Shown here: positions 47,147 through 56,285 of the stretch, piece after piece
Layout: each line of letters opens with the position of its first letter
Numbering within the stretch: the first letter of the stretch is position 1
Origin: a virus
Reading direction: 5' to 3' (one strand)
IMG/VR virus record: IMGVR_UViG_3300050821_002050
Location: 4,626 to 68,625 of that record
DNA length: 64,000 bases
Translations under genes and position numbers: made by a program
Notes under the pieces: generated by a model
What the model was told of the DNA's origin: nothing
The model's input: only the letters and a program-made list of their open reading frames with translations
Database searches by the model: none

Positions 47147-47161
47147 TTAATGAAACGTTAA
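47147..47161. promoter_or_regulatory. CtrA-type box TTAA-TGAAACG-TTAA
   Basis: Perfect match. On the minus strand TCATAT follows after 11 nt, the same arrangement as at the 7886 half-site. Confidence 0.75.
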
Positions 47162-47220
47162 TATCGGTTTTTTCCCCCTACATATTTCCAACCCGGGTCG
47201 CGCGCGCGGCCATAGGAGGA

Positions 47221-47265
47221 GCCCGGCCAAGGTAGGGCGGGGATACCGCCTTACCCTGCCGGGCT
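47221..47265. terminator. Long hairpin downstream of the 47282 gene
   Basis: GCCCGGC..GGTAGGGCGG/CCGCCTTACC..GCCGGGC; no U-tract. Confidence 0.45.
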
Positions 47266-47281
47266 CATTCCCAGACTAGGC

Positions 47282-47539
47282 TTAGCTCTTGGCTTTTCGA
47301 GCTACTTTGTCTTCGTTCGCCTTGATGAAGGCTTCCACCTTCCCTGCCTTGATGAAGTCGATGATCCGCTCCCACTGCGAAGCGTACAGGGAAAGCGGCC
47401 AGCGACCGCCGTGGTACATGCAAACCGTTCCCTTTTGGCCGAGCTTCAGGGTTACGGCAGTCTCATTCTCTGCCTTCATCTTGGCATTCTCGGCAGTCAA
47501 ACGAGCGATTTCAGCTTCCATTGCTTTCAGGTCAGCCAT
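47282..47539 (-). CDS. Small conserved protein (coiled coil plus beta-hairpin), possibly nucleic-acid binding
   Basis: GGAG RBS; LKLGQKGTVCMYHGGRWPLSLYASQWER. Confidence 0.7.
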   Translation of the reverse strand: MADLKAMEAEIARLTAENAKMKAENETAVTLKLGQKGTVCMYHGGRWPLSLYASQWERIIDFIKAGKVEAFIKANEDKVARKAKS

Positions 47540-47599
47540 TTGGTTTCAAGCTCCAGTTGAGGTCAAAACCGGCCGGAAAACTTGGCCGGCAATCTGGCC

Positions 47600-48110
47600 G
47601 GATCGGGCAAACACGGCATGGCCTACTCCCTGAACCACGGTCCTACAGTACCGCTGGGAATGTCGGTGCTAAGTCGAGCGCACGGTAGAACGGTAGTACC
47701 GTAGAGGTGCGCTATGCGTTTTTTGCATGACATTTGACGGCCATTTGGCGTGTCATTTGGAACTCTCGACAAGCCATTGATACTATTACGGTTTTACCGT
47801 ATCACCGTTTCAAATGTCCAAATGTCCAAATGTTTTTGATACCCCGACACCCTGTGACCGTGGAAGGTGGTACCTCTACTATTTTGCCTCTTGCACGGTA
47901 CGACGGTCGCACAGGAGCTGCAGCAGGGAAAATTTCTCAGTAACTGTCTAAATGATTGATAATATTATATTTTATGGGATCGTAGCGTTTTTCAATGGTA
48001 TTTTAGTAGAGATACCAATTGAGGTGGATATTCCGTCAGAACCGGGGGGGGACTATCTCAGGACATTTGGCATTTGGACATTTAGCGCTCGATCCCACCC
48101 TGTCATGCAC
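47600..48110. promoter_or_regulatory. Divergent control region, candidate origin or packaging site
   Basis: CATTTG/CAAATG repeats in both orientations around an AT-rich core at 47930-48030; the coding strand switches here. Confidence 0.55.
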
Positions 48111-48251
48111 TGACGGTATGCGCCGCGAGGCCGCATGCTGCGCGTCAAATCTGCCCATCCGATCGCACTGAGGCGCGGCGGCCCGATCCGGCCAAGGTCG
48201 GCGCGCGCCGCCATTGTGGCTGCAACGTGCCTTCATTGGAGCTAGACGGAA

Positions 48252-48509
48252 ATGACATCCTTCACTCGGAAGTTGCATGTGAGGAACCCAAAGGCTGCAG
48301 CATTGATCGAGCAGTCTCAACAGTTCGAACACCGTCTGATCTACGGTAAGAACACGCAATTGGCCGCGTTCACGCCAGCGTGGAACCCAGTGTCCAAGAC
48401 GTTCGGTAAGCGTACCCTGCCACCTTCGGCAGCTCATGCCTGCAGAGAGCGTTGCGGCCATCCTGCCTGCAAACAGGGCTGTGTCCTGTTCGTCCAACAA
48501 GGAGCCTAG
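48252..48509 (+). CDS. Early hypothetical protein
   Basis: First ORF of the + arm, with an upstream GGAG. Confidence 0.5.
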   Translation: MTSFTRKLHVRNPKAAALIEQSQQFEHRLIYGKNTQLAAFTPAWNPVSKTFGKRTLPPSAAHACRERCGHPACKQGCVLFVQQGA

Positions 48510-48516
48510 TACCACC

Positions 48517-48708
48517 ATGCACATCATGACATCTCGTGGCTGGAAGCCACTTTGGCAGAGGTCTGACGTTGAAGCTCAGCCCGAAGCCCCACCAGTCTAC
48601 CGTCTCAAACTACCCTCTCGCGAATGCCTTGCTTTTATCGCTGAAGGCGAGAAGGCACATCACGACTGGGTCGAGCGCCGCAAGGCGATGCAGGAGGATG
48701 GACAATGA
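48517..48708 (+). CDS. Early hypothetical protein
   Basis: AAGGAG RBS; ATG at 48517. Confidence 0.6.
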   Translation: MHIMTSRGWKPLWQRSDVEAQPEAPPVYRLKLPSRECLAFIAEGEKAHHDWVERRKAMQEDGQ

Positions 48709-48902
48709 GCAAATCCCATCGCACTGCCGGCCTTGATCAACTCGGCCCAAAGCACGCCTACAAGACGCCCACCTTCCACAACTTCTACAAACACTGGCCC
48801 AAGGCGGGAATGTCGATCGCGTCCAGAGCAGCGCTGAGCACGCGGAACCGCAAGGTCAAGGTCACTCTGCCCTGCCTCAAGATACTGGAGACAATGAAAT
48901 GA
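48705..48902 (+). CDS. Early basic hypothetical protein
   Basis: ATGA coupling. Confidence 0.6.
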   Translation: MSKSHRTAGLDQLGPKHAYKTPTFHNFYKHWPKAGMSIASRAALSTRNRKVKVTLPCLKILETMK

Positions 48903-49120
48903 GCTACAACGCAGCAAAGCGCGCACAGATGTTGATTGCTCTGTGCGAAACCATCCTCGAAGCAGTCGGGGAATGCCCGGACGGAGCGCCATCAGGGTCA
49001 GTCTATGCCGCCTTGATGGGGTTCGGGCTCAGCCTCGAAAGCTACCAAATGCTGATCAACACGCTCGTTGCAGCGAAGAAGATCAGGGTCGCGAACAACC
49101 TCTTGTTCGCTGTTCACTGA
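48899..49120 (+). CDS. Small winged-helix-like protein
   Basis: ATGA coupling; GAPSGSVYAALM..YQMLINTLVAAKKI. Confidence 0.6.
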   Translation: MSYNAAKRAQMLIALCETILEAVGECPDGAPSGSVYAALMGFGLSLESYQMLINTLVAAKKIRVANNLLFAVH

Positions 49121-49134
49121 AACGGTCACACGGT

Positions 49135-49161
49135 AAAGGGGGCGGGAAATCGCCCCTTTTT
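49135..49161 (+). terminator. Rho-independent terminator
   Basis: AAAGGGGGCG-GGAAAT-CGCCCCTTTTT, immediately before the palindrome at 49168. Confidence 0.7.
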
Positions 49162-49328
49162 CCACGCTTACGGTCGCCGTAACCCGAGCAAGGAGCCCCA
49201 CCATGAAACGCTAATAGAGCTTGACATCCCCTATCCCTGACACGGCGTCTGTGCGCGCCTCAACGCACAGTTCAATTGGCAGGCAGCTTAGAGCGCCGCC
49301 CACGGTACTACCAAGACGGAGACGACCA

Positions 49329-51083
49329 ATGGCCAAGCCTATCTCAGGAGTGAAGCCTAACTGCTGGAACAAGCATTTCTCGAAATGGATGAAGCGCAGG
49401 TTCTGGAAGCGACACCGCAAGCAAGCCAAGTCAGCAAAGGAGACCGAATGACCGAACCAAAGGGACCACGGCCATACCACCGAGGCAGGAAGTACATCTT
49501 CGTTTCGACAGCGAGGGGCGGACCATTCTTCGTCCCTGCACCTAGTGAGGGAGAGCGATCGCTAAACACCGGTGCTAAGGCGCGAAGCCTCACTGCAAGG
49601 AGGGCCTTCGATCAGCTCAGCGATCAAGCGTTCGAAGCCAGCTTTCAGCATTGGCTCAAGCACGAGAGGCACCTCTCATGATGAGCCTGTTTATCGCTAT
49701 ACGCACCATGGTGCTCTCGTTATACCATGGCAAGTTTGGCATCGCTTTCGCGATAGCCGCGTACCTGTGTGCTCGCACTGAGCACCCGTTCTGGACAGGA
49801 GTGTGTATCAGCCTGTCCATCGCCTGCATCCCCATTGTCGTACCAGCAAAGGAGAAAGCATGATCGAGAACCATTACCAACTGAACATCGCCTACATGGG
49901 CATGCACTACGCTCGGGTCAAATTCCCGTCGTGGTGCACGCAAAGCGATGCCCAGATGAAGGCCAAGCAAATCGCCGATGCAATGAAGACTTCATTTGGC
50001 ACACCGCTCAATTGGAGCTTTCGGCTGACCTTTGTCGAGTGCGTCGGCCACGAGATCGAAGTGGAGGGCGTATGAGCGATAAATCCGACAGTTTCCTGAA
50101 GGTGCTGAAGCACATGGAGCGTTTGACGCTCCGTGAGCTACGGCATATGCGAACGTGGGTCGACGCTCGTATCGAGAGCGAGTGTGGCAAGGCTGCCGTC
50201 GAGTTCCACAAGAAATTGCAAGAGCACAACCGTCTCAGGAATGAGCTGCCTAGTTGGGTGGACATCATGTCTGAGCGTCTGGCTAAGACAGACATTGGCC
50301 GTGAGACGCTGGCTCGCGTGCAGCGCAAGTATGGCGAGAAGCCCGAGGGCTTCCAATACAAGGACGATGCCGTCACGCACGAGGGCAAGGAGTACACCAC
50401 TCCGCTCTGGTACGACGATACGAGAGCGAGGAAGGCAGTGGCTGATGCCATGCTCTCTGGCAAGGCCAAACCCTACAAGCTCAAGAAGGTGCCTGAGTTC
50501 GCAAAGAGCAAGAAGGTGCGAGGTAAGCGCAAATGATGAAACGTCTCACCCGCGAGGATGCAAGGCGCATCGTCAGCAAGGCACAGCGCGCGCTCCACTT
50601 CGAGCGCGTCGCTGAGCGTCATCCATTGGCGTGGAGCTTCTTCCCCACGCTCGACATCAGCGAGTACGGCACCTACGACCCCGCATTCGAAGCGTGGTTC
50701 AACAAAGAGCAGAACGAAGGGAGGGATCGACAATGAACCAGCGTGAAACCGACTTGATGCATCGTGCCGGTCTCGTGATCCAAGAGTTTCTCGCTGCCGA
50801 TGTGTGGCAGGGTGATACTCCGCCCGAGGAAGCGATGAAGCTTGTCAGCGAGATGAGTTTCGCGGTTACGGCAGCCGTAAGCGAACAGCTTACAATCACG
50901 CCTTTCGAAGCCAACGCGCTCCTATACGCATTGGATGAGCACGTTTGCACTGATCGGCTTACTGGGCGCGTTCCTAAAGGTATAGGGGCGCACACTTGTC
51001 TGACGCGCAAACAGTGGCAGGACCTACGTGACAGGCTCATGGCCTATCACGATCATCCTCCTTCGCGCGGCGCTTCCAAATGA
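49329..51083 (+). other. Coupled early hypothetical genes (49329-49451, 49448-49681, 49678-49863, 49860-50075, 50072-50536, 50533-50736, 50733-51083)
   Basis: Chain of ATGA overlaps with GGAG/AGGA RBSs. Confidence 0.65.
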
Positions 51084-51263
51084 GCTTTTCGCGCCTAAGC
51101 TGTTCGGCATATGCGCGATGTTGCGCGAGTTTTAGGAGATGTTCACGACGGGCCACGACCTCGTCATCTTCGTGGTTCGGGTCAAACATATCGAGGCCCT
51201 AGCACGGTATCACGGTCGACAGGTGGTCAATATTGATCACAAAACAGAGAAAGGAGCAGTACC

Positions 51264-51665
51264 ATGGGAAGTTTCTTCAACCAGATGGACAGGAAATACA
51301 AAGCGGAGTGGCTCAAAGCGCTGCGCTCTGGCGAGTACCAGCAGGCACGAGGCAAGCTCTACGATGGCACAGGCTATTGTTGCCTCGGAGTGCTCTGCAA
51401 GGTGGCAGGCTCGAAGTTCGTGATCACCAACCCGGACGATGTGAGACACGAGAGCGACTATCCGGTGTACGAGCCCACCAAACTCGGCAACGACCAACCC
51501 GGCGATGCAGAGAGCCTCAACGACCACGGCTTGCAGATGTTCGGCTTCGATACTGAAGTGCAGGACATGCTTGCAGCCAAGAACGATGGCAATCCTGCAG
51601 CAACGCCACCCAAGCCGATGCAGTCCTTCGCTGAGATCGCTGACTGGATCGAGGAGAACCTATGA
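51264..51665 (+). CDS. Conserved phage hypothetical protein
   Basis: AAGGAG RBS; WLKALRSGEYQQ..YCCLGVLC..SFAEIADWIE. Confidence 0.75.
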   Translation: MGSFFNQMDRKYKAEWLKALRSGEYQQARGKLYDGTGYCCLGVLCKVAGSKFVITNPDDVRHESDYPVYEPTKLGNDQPGDAESLNDHGLQMFGFDTEVQDMLAAKNDGNPAATPPKPMQSFAEIADWIEENL

Positions 51666-53770
51666 GCACCACACACTTAATTGCGATCGACGCTGATCGC
51701 CTCACCGAGATCGAGGCTGATCCTGTTCAGTTCGTCGCGATCCTCATGATTGCCTGCAGGCTCTCGAACCCGGGTGAGGCTGTTCGAGATGCGCTGCGTT
51801 CCTTCGGCACAGTCCATCTCACGTCGAGCATGGACTTCCGTCGTGCCATCGAAGAAGCGTGGAGGGCATACACATGAGCCGCTTGCGAGAATGCCCTTGT
51901 GGGTCGGGCGAGTTTCCCACACCGCAACACGACGGCCACGGCATCTTCATGTGCTACACCTGTTCAGAGTGTGAGCGTGAGAAGATGAGTGGCTGGCGCT
52001 CTGACATTCACGAGCGCTACGAGTGCGACGAGCCAATCGACGCGGAGGACTACTGATGGGATGGGGTCAGAAGAACGCACGGTTCTACGGTACGCTGCGC
52101 GGCCAGACCAATAACATGGTTGGCCGGTGTGGCGATCGTGGTGGCATGCTCATCACTGCACAGAGCCACTCAGGCGACATCCGCATCCAGACGTATGTCA
52201 GCAGTATCGAAAACGAGGATTGTGTGCGCATTGTCGCTTGCGCCCACACGACGAAGGCAACGGATGGTCACGGTGGTGGTCATTCGGTGGTCCTCTATGA
52301 CGGTCCCATCAATCGACTGCTGAAGGAAAACAAGGACCTGCTGCACCTATTGGCAGAGGACGCATTCAGAAAGGAGTGTGACTATGACGGAGCATTATGC
52401 AGTGCAGGCGGCGAATATCATCGCTGACGGCATCAAGCAGGCTGGCGAAGGTCTCGAAAGCGAGATGGGGAAGCAAGGCCGCATCGACTATACCCACGAG
52501 CTAGAGCAGATCGCAGCGGCTTTGTACCAAGTGGCCGAGGCTATCAGCAAGCTTGCAGACAAGGAGTAGCACATGAACCGGAAGCAACGCGAGTTCAAGC
52601 GCATGCTTAAGGCACGCGAAGCACAGGCGAACGAAGTAGGTCGCGGTGGCTTCGCTGCAGCGAGACGACGTAGGCAAATGCTGAAAGGCAGCCTCAAGCC
52701 TGAGAACGGCTTGGTCAAGGAATACGCATGTGACAACCATCTGTGCCAGAACACCGTCAAGGTACCTGGCCTGTGTTCCACATGCGTTGTGATGACTGTG
52801 GCTAACACCATCGACCATAGAGAGGAGCAGATCGGTTTCAAGGAGCCCTTGGAGAAAGACATCCTGTCTTACTGCAGGGAAGCAGCGAAGGAGCTAGAGC
52901 TAGAAGACGACTATCCTCGCCAGTCCGACGAGGACTACGAGGCACGACGAGGCAATCGCGACGACCAATGGAAGGAGCTAGAATGATCATCACCAACTGG
53001 ACTGAGATGATGTGGCACGAGTGGGCCACTGCGACGCATACGCTACTCCACCTTCGAGGTAGAGACCAATGGTCTGTGCTTTGGAACGAACAGCTTGACA
53101 GACGCATTGACCAAGTGTTGCGTATGTACGGCGTGGAGAACATCAATCTTGATGCGTGGGAGAAGGAGCTAATGCATGGACTTCGACTATCCCAAGGTTC
53201 GGGCACTAACGATCTGCATCGAATGCAGACAGACGAAGCGGTCAGGTCAACTGATTTGTCATCATTGTCATACGAGGCAGAAGCGGACGCCGCACCATGG
53301 TGGAGGCGATTACGACACGTGCTTGGAAGCTACCTTCGATCTTATCGAAGCGGGCACACTGCTAGTCACTCGTGAGGGTAAAATTGTCCTTGGATAATGT
53401 AGAACGTACCGTAAAGAAGCTGCGCCCCGAGTGGGCGCAGCTAATGGCTAACCTTGTCCTGCGAGGTTGGATCATCAAGCCTGTGGAAGGGCAGATAGGT
53501 CAGTACATCCATGGTACCGATGCATGGACGGCGCACCTAGAGTGCGACACCTTGGAGAAGTTGCAGATAGCGACGATCCACAAAGACAGATTTGGACTGC
53601 GGATGTACTCCGCACCCAGCCTGCTAGTTCTGCTTGAGCAGATGGTAGACGTGCTCGCAGAGTTTCAGGCAATAGAATTGGCGGATTTGCCCGACGCGGC
53701 AGAAGCGCCAAAACCGCCCGTCACTGACGGTCACCGTAACCGCAAACGAAAGGAGCAGTACCTACCATGA
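51662..53770 (+). other. Coupled early hypothetical genes (51662-51877, 51874-52056 Zn-ribbon, 52056-52427, 52384-52569, 52573-52986, 52983-53375, 53176-53397 Zn-finger, 53372-53770)
   Basis: RBSs and ATGA overlaps; CPCG..CYTCSEC and CIEC..CHHC motifs. Confidence 0.6.
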
Positions 53771-54447
53771 GCACCCCACCAACCCCAAACACCATCACGT
53801 TTGAAGAAGTGATGGAAGTAGCCGACTTGCTCGGCAGTCAACACGGTCAGAGCAAAGACGTGTTGATCAAGTCTCTTCTGAAGTGTTGTGAGGCTGCCTA
53901 TCATGGGGCTCTCACCACTCAGAAGAACAAGCACGGTAAAGACCGTGACGATGCCTCGATGTATGCGGAGCGCTACTTCAAGGCCCGCAACGAGAACGTG
54001 ATCTTCGATCCGAAGGCTGACAATCAGCAGAAGCTGGCTTGCACCATTCGGACGGCGGTCAAGCTGGGTTCCTCGCCTAAGTTCGGCAATGGTGAGCCCA
54101 TCGCTACTGTCAATCAGCTCATGAGCCTCTTCCAGAAGGAGAAGGCCGCTACCAAGGGCAAGGTTGACAGCGCTGACAACGTCTTCCTGAAGTTCGCTCG
54201 TGCTCAGCTTGCTCACGACATCATGTACGAAGGTGATGAGCTGAAGCAGTTCCTCTACAAGAAGGAAAAGCAGGAGCCGACGCTCGAAGAGTACCTCGAA
54301 AACACCGCCAAGAAGCTCGACAAGCTGATCACTGGCGATGCACCCGGTAACCTGCAGAGCAAGTCCAAGAACGTGATGGACGCGCGCCATGCGTTGCGTC
54401 AGGAGCTGGCTGCGATTGCCCGTGCCAAGTCCAAGGGTGGCGTGTGA
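53767..54447 (+). CDS. Helical, basic hypothetical protein (226 aa)
   Basis: GAAAGGAG RBS preceded by a near-palindrome; strong codon bias. Confidence 0.75.
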   Translation: MSTPPTPNTITFEEVMEVADLLGSQHGQSKDVLIKSLLKCCEAAYHGALTTQKNKHGKDRDDASMYAERYFKARNENVIFDPKADNQQKLACTIRTAVKLGSSPKFGNGEPIATVNQLMSLFQKEKAATKGKVDSADNVFLKFARAQLAHDIMYEGDELKQFLYKKEKQEPTLEEYLENTAKKLDKLITGDAPGNLQSKSKNVMDARHALRQELAAIARAKSKGGV

Positions 54448-54563
54448 TGAGAAGCACCCGCACCCGTAGGCTCAAACGCAGACATAAAACCCAACTCGCT
54501 GCAATCGAGCGACGACAGAGCATCATCAAGTCTCTGTATCGCCTGTACTACAGCGGGCGCTGA
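54447..54563 (+). CDS. Arg-rich 38-aa peptide
   Basis: TGATG coupling; hand translation MRSTRTRRLKRRHK.. Confidence 0.45.
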   Translation: MRSTRTRRLKRRHKTQLAAIERRQSIIKSLYRLYYSGR

Positions 54564-54708
54564 TAGCAGGCAGGCCCGCGCTGGAGGTAGCTGGTACCTA
54601 TCTCCTTCTGCGACTGCCTGCTGGGCGACATGGTGGTCTAGCTCCCTGCCATGTCGCCCACTTCTCTTCACGGAGCATCTGTAACCCAACGAAAGGAGAC
54701 TATCACCC

Positions 54709-55869
54709 ATGGGAATGAGCATTATCGAGGCGAAGAAGCAGACACGAGCGCTTCTCAGAGCAGGCAACGCCGCGCTCTGGTCGAGTGGCTCGGGGCTGGG
54801 CAAGTCCTCTGTGGCCTACCAACTGTTCGAAGAGATCAGGGACGAAGGCGCAAAGAAGGGCGAAGCTTGGGGCTTTCTGACTTTCTTCGCCGCAACCCAG
54901 CAGCCAACCGACATGGTTGGCGTCCAGTTCAAGGGAGAGCGTACCTATCAGTACGCTGATCCGGTGTCTGGCGAACTCAAGGAACGCACGATCACTATCT
55001 CTGATCCTGCATTGCCCGTCTGGATGATGTCCAGCGAAGGCAAGCCGGCGTTCATGTACGACAAATGCTTCCTGTTGATCGACGAATACGGTCAGGGCGA
55101 ACTTGATACCAAACGAAGCATCGCGGAGGTGTTCCTCAACGGTGGCGTCAATCCGTGGTACCTACCTGCTGGTAGCGTGCGTCTCGCCTGCACCAATCAG
55201 GGAGCACGGTATGGCGTGAGCAAAGACTTCGACTTCGCGATTTCACGGCGTTTCCAATTGGAGATCGTCGGAGACCTCGATGTGTCCATGACCTACATGG
55301 ACAAGCCCTACTGGCATCAGGGCAGGCAATGGGTCACGCTGCCGGTCACGAAGCTCTGGGCCAAGCAGCACCCCGAAACGCTCTTCGAAGAAGAGCCGAA
55401 GGTGCAGGGACCGTGGTGCAATCCTCGCCAGCTTATGGCTGTGGATCGCTTCATCCAATCCTCGTGGGAAATCTCTAACGACCAAGAGATCACCTCTGAG
55501 ATGACTTCGGTCATCGCAGGCGGGATCGGCATGCCCGCGACGGAGAGCCTGTTGGGTCATTTCCAGTTCTTGCTGGAGCTTCCTCAGTACGAGGAAGTTA
55601 TCAAGGACCCGCAGGGTACGCCCGTTCCTACCAAGGCTGACCTGATGATGCTGATGGCCTACCAACTCGCTGCCTTTACCAAGGTCGAAGACCTTGCGCC
55701 GGTCATCGAGTACATTCAGCGTCTTCCCAAGGATATGGGCGTGACGTATGTTACCAGTCTACTTCGACGCGACTACCGTGGTCTGATCAATAGCCCGCCG
55801 ATGCAGGCATGGATCAGCAAGAACGCTGCGCTGGTGTCGATCATCTCGGCATTGGCTCAGACCAACTGA
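54709..55869 (+). CDS. MoxR/dynein-related AAA+ ATPase
   Basis: Walker A GSGLGKSS, Walker B LLIDEYGQ, ACTN sensor, SRR arginine finger, NPRQ. Confidence 0.85.
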   Translation: MGMSIIEAKKQTRALLRAGNAALWSSGSGLGKSSVAYQLFEEIRDEGAKKGEAWGFLTFFAATQQPTDMVGVQFKGERTYQYADPVSGELKERTITISDPALPVWMMSSEGKPAFMYDKCFLLIDEYGQGELDTKRSIAEVFLNGGVNPWYLPAGSVRLACTNQGARYGVSKDFDFAISRRFQLEIVGDLDVSMTYMDKPYWHQGRQWVTLPVTKLWAKQHPETLFEEEPKVQGPWCNPRQLMAVDRFIQSSWEISNDQEITSEMTSVIAGGIGMPATESLLGHFQFLLELPQYEEVIKDPQGTPVPTKADLMMLMAYQLAAFTKVEDLAPVIEYIQRLPKDMGVTYVTSLLRRDYRGLINSPPMQAWISKNAALVSIISALAQTN

Positions 55870-55985
55870 GTTAGTCTGCAGGGACCTGATTTAGCAATGT
55901 CAGTAGCAGACTAGGCATGTGAGTGGCGGGGTGTTCGACCCAACAACCCCGCCACTTACGGCCACCGTAACCGAAAGGAGCAAAC

Positions 55986-56285
55986 ATGGGCCAACGTACA
56001 TTCACAATCGAGTTGAAGGTCGACTACGCTGACCGCAACAAGGACGAAGAGATCAAGAAAGCCTGTATCGCTGCAGGTGTGCATCTCTTTGCTACCGCAC
56101 AGTTACTGTCGGACATTCCCCGTACCACCGACATCGCTGTTTACACCGACGACAATTTCATTCCTCGCAAGCAAATACTTGCGCAAGAGGACATCATTCG
56201 CACGGGCAATGCTGCCCTACCGAGCACCCAAGAGGCGGATGGGAACTCGGCTGAAGACTTGGCCGCCGTGATAGGAGACCTATGA
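55986..56285 (+). CDS. Hypothetical protein between the AAA and VWA genes
   Basis: GAAAGGAG RBS right after a palindrome. Confidence 0.7.
   Translation: MGQRTFTIELKVDYADRNKDEEIKKACIAAGVHLFATAQLLSDIPRTTDIAVYTDDNFIPRKQILAQEDIIRTGNAALPSTQEADGNSAEDLAAVIGDL

Noticed and set aside
44900-49330. tRNA genes, attP/integrase or a lysogeny module
   Set aside because: No cloverleaf with a T-loop consensus and no recombinase or CI-like motifs were seen. The missing part of the genome cannot be assessed.
50072-50536. H-NS-like protein
   Set aside because: The N-terminal LTLRELR helix is suggestive, but the TWxGxGR DNA-binding motif is absent.
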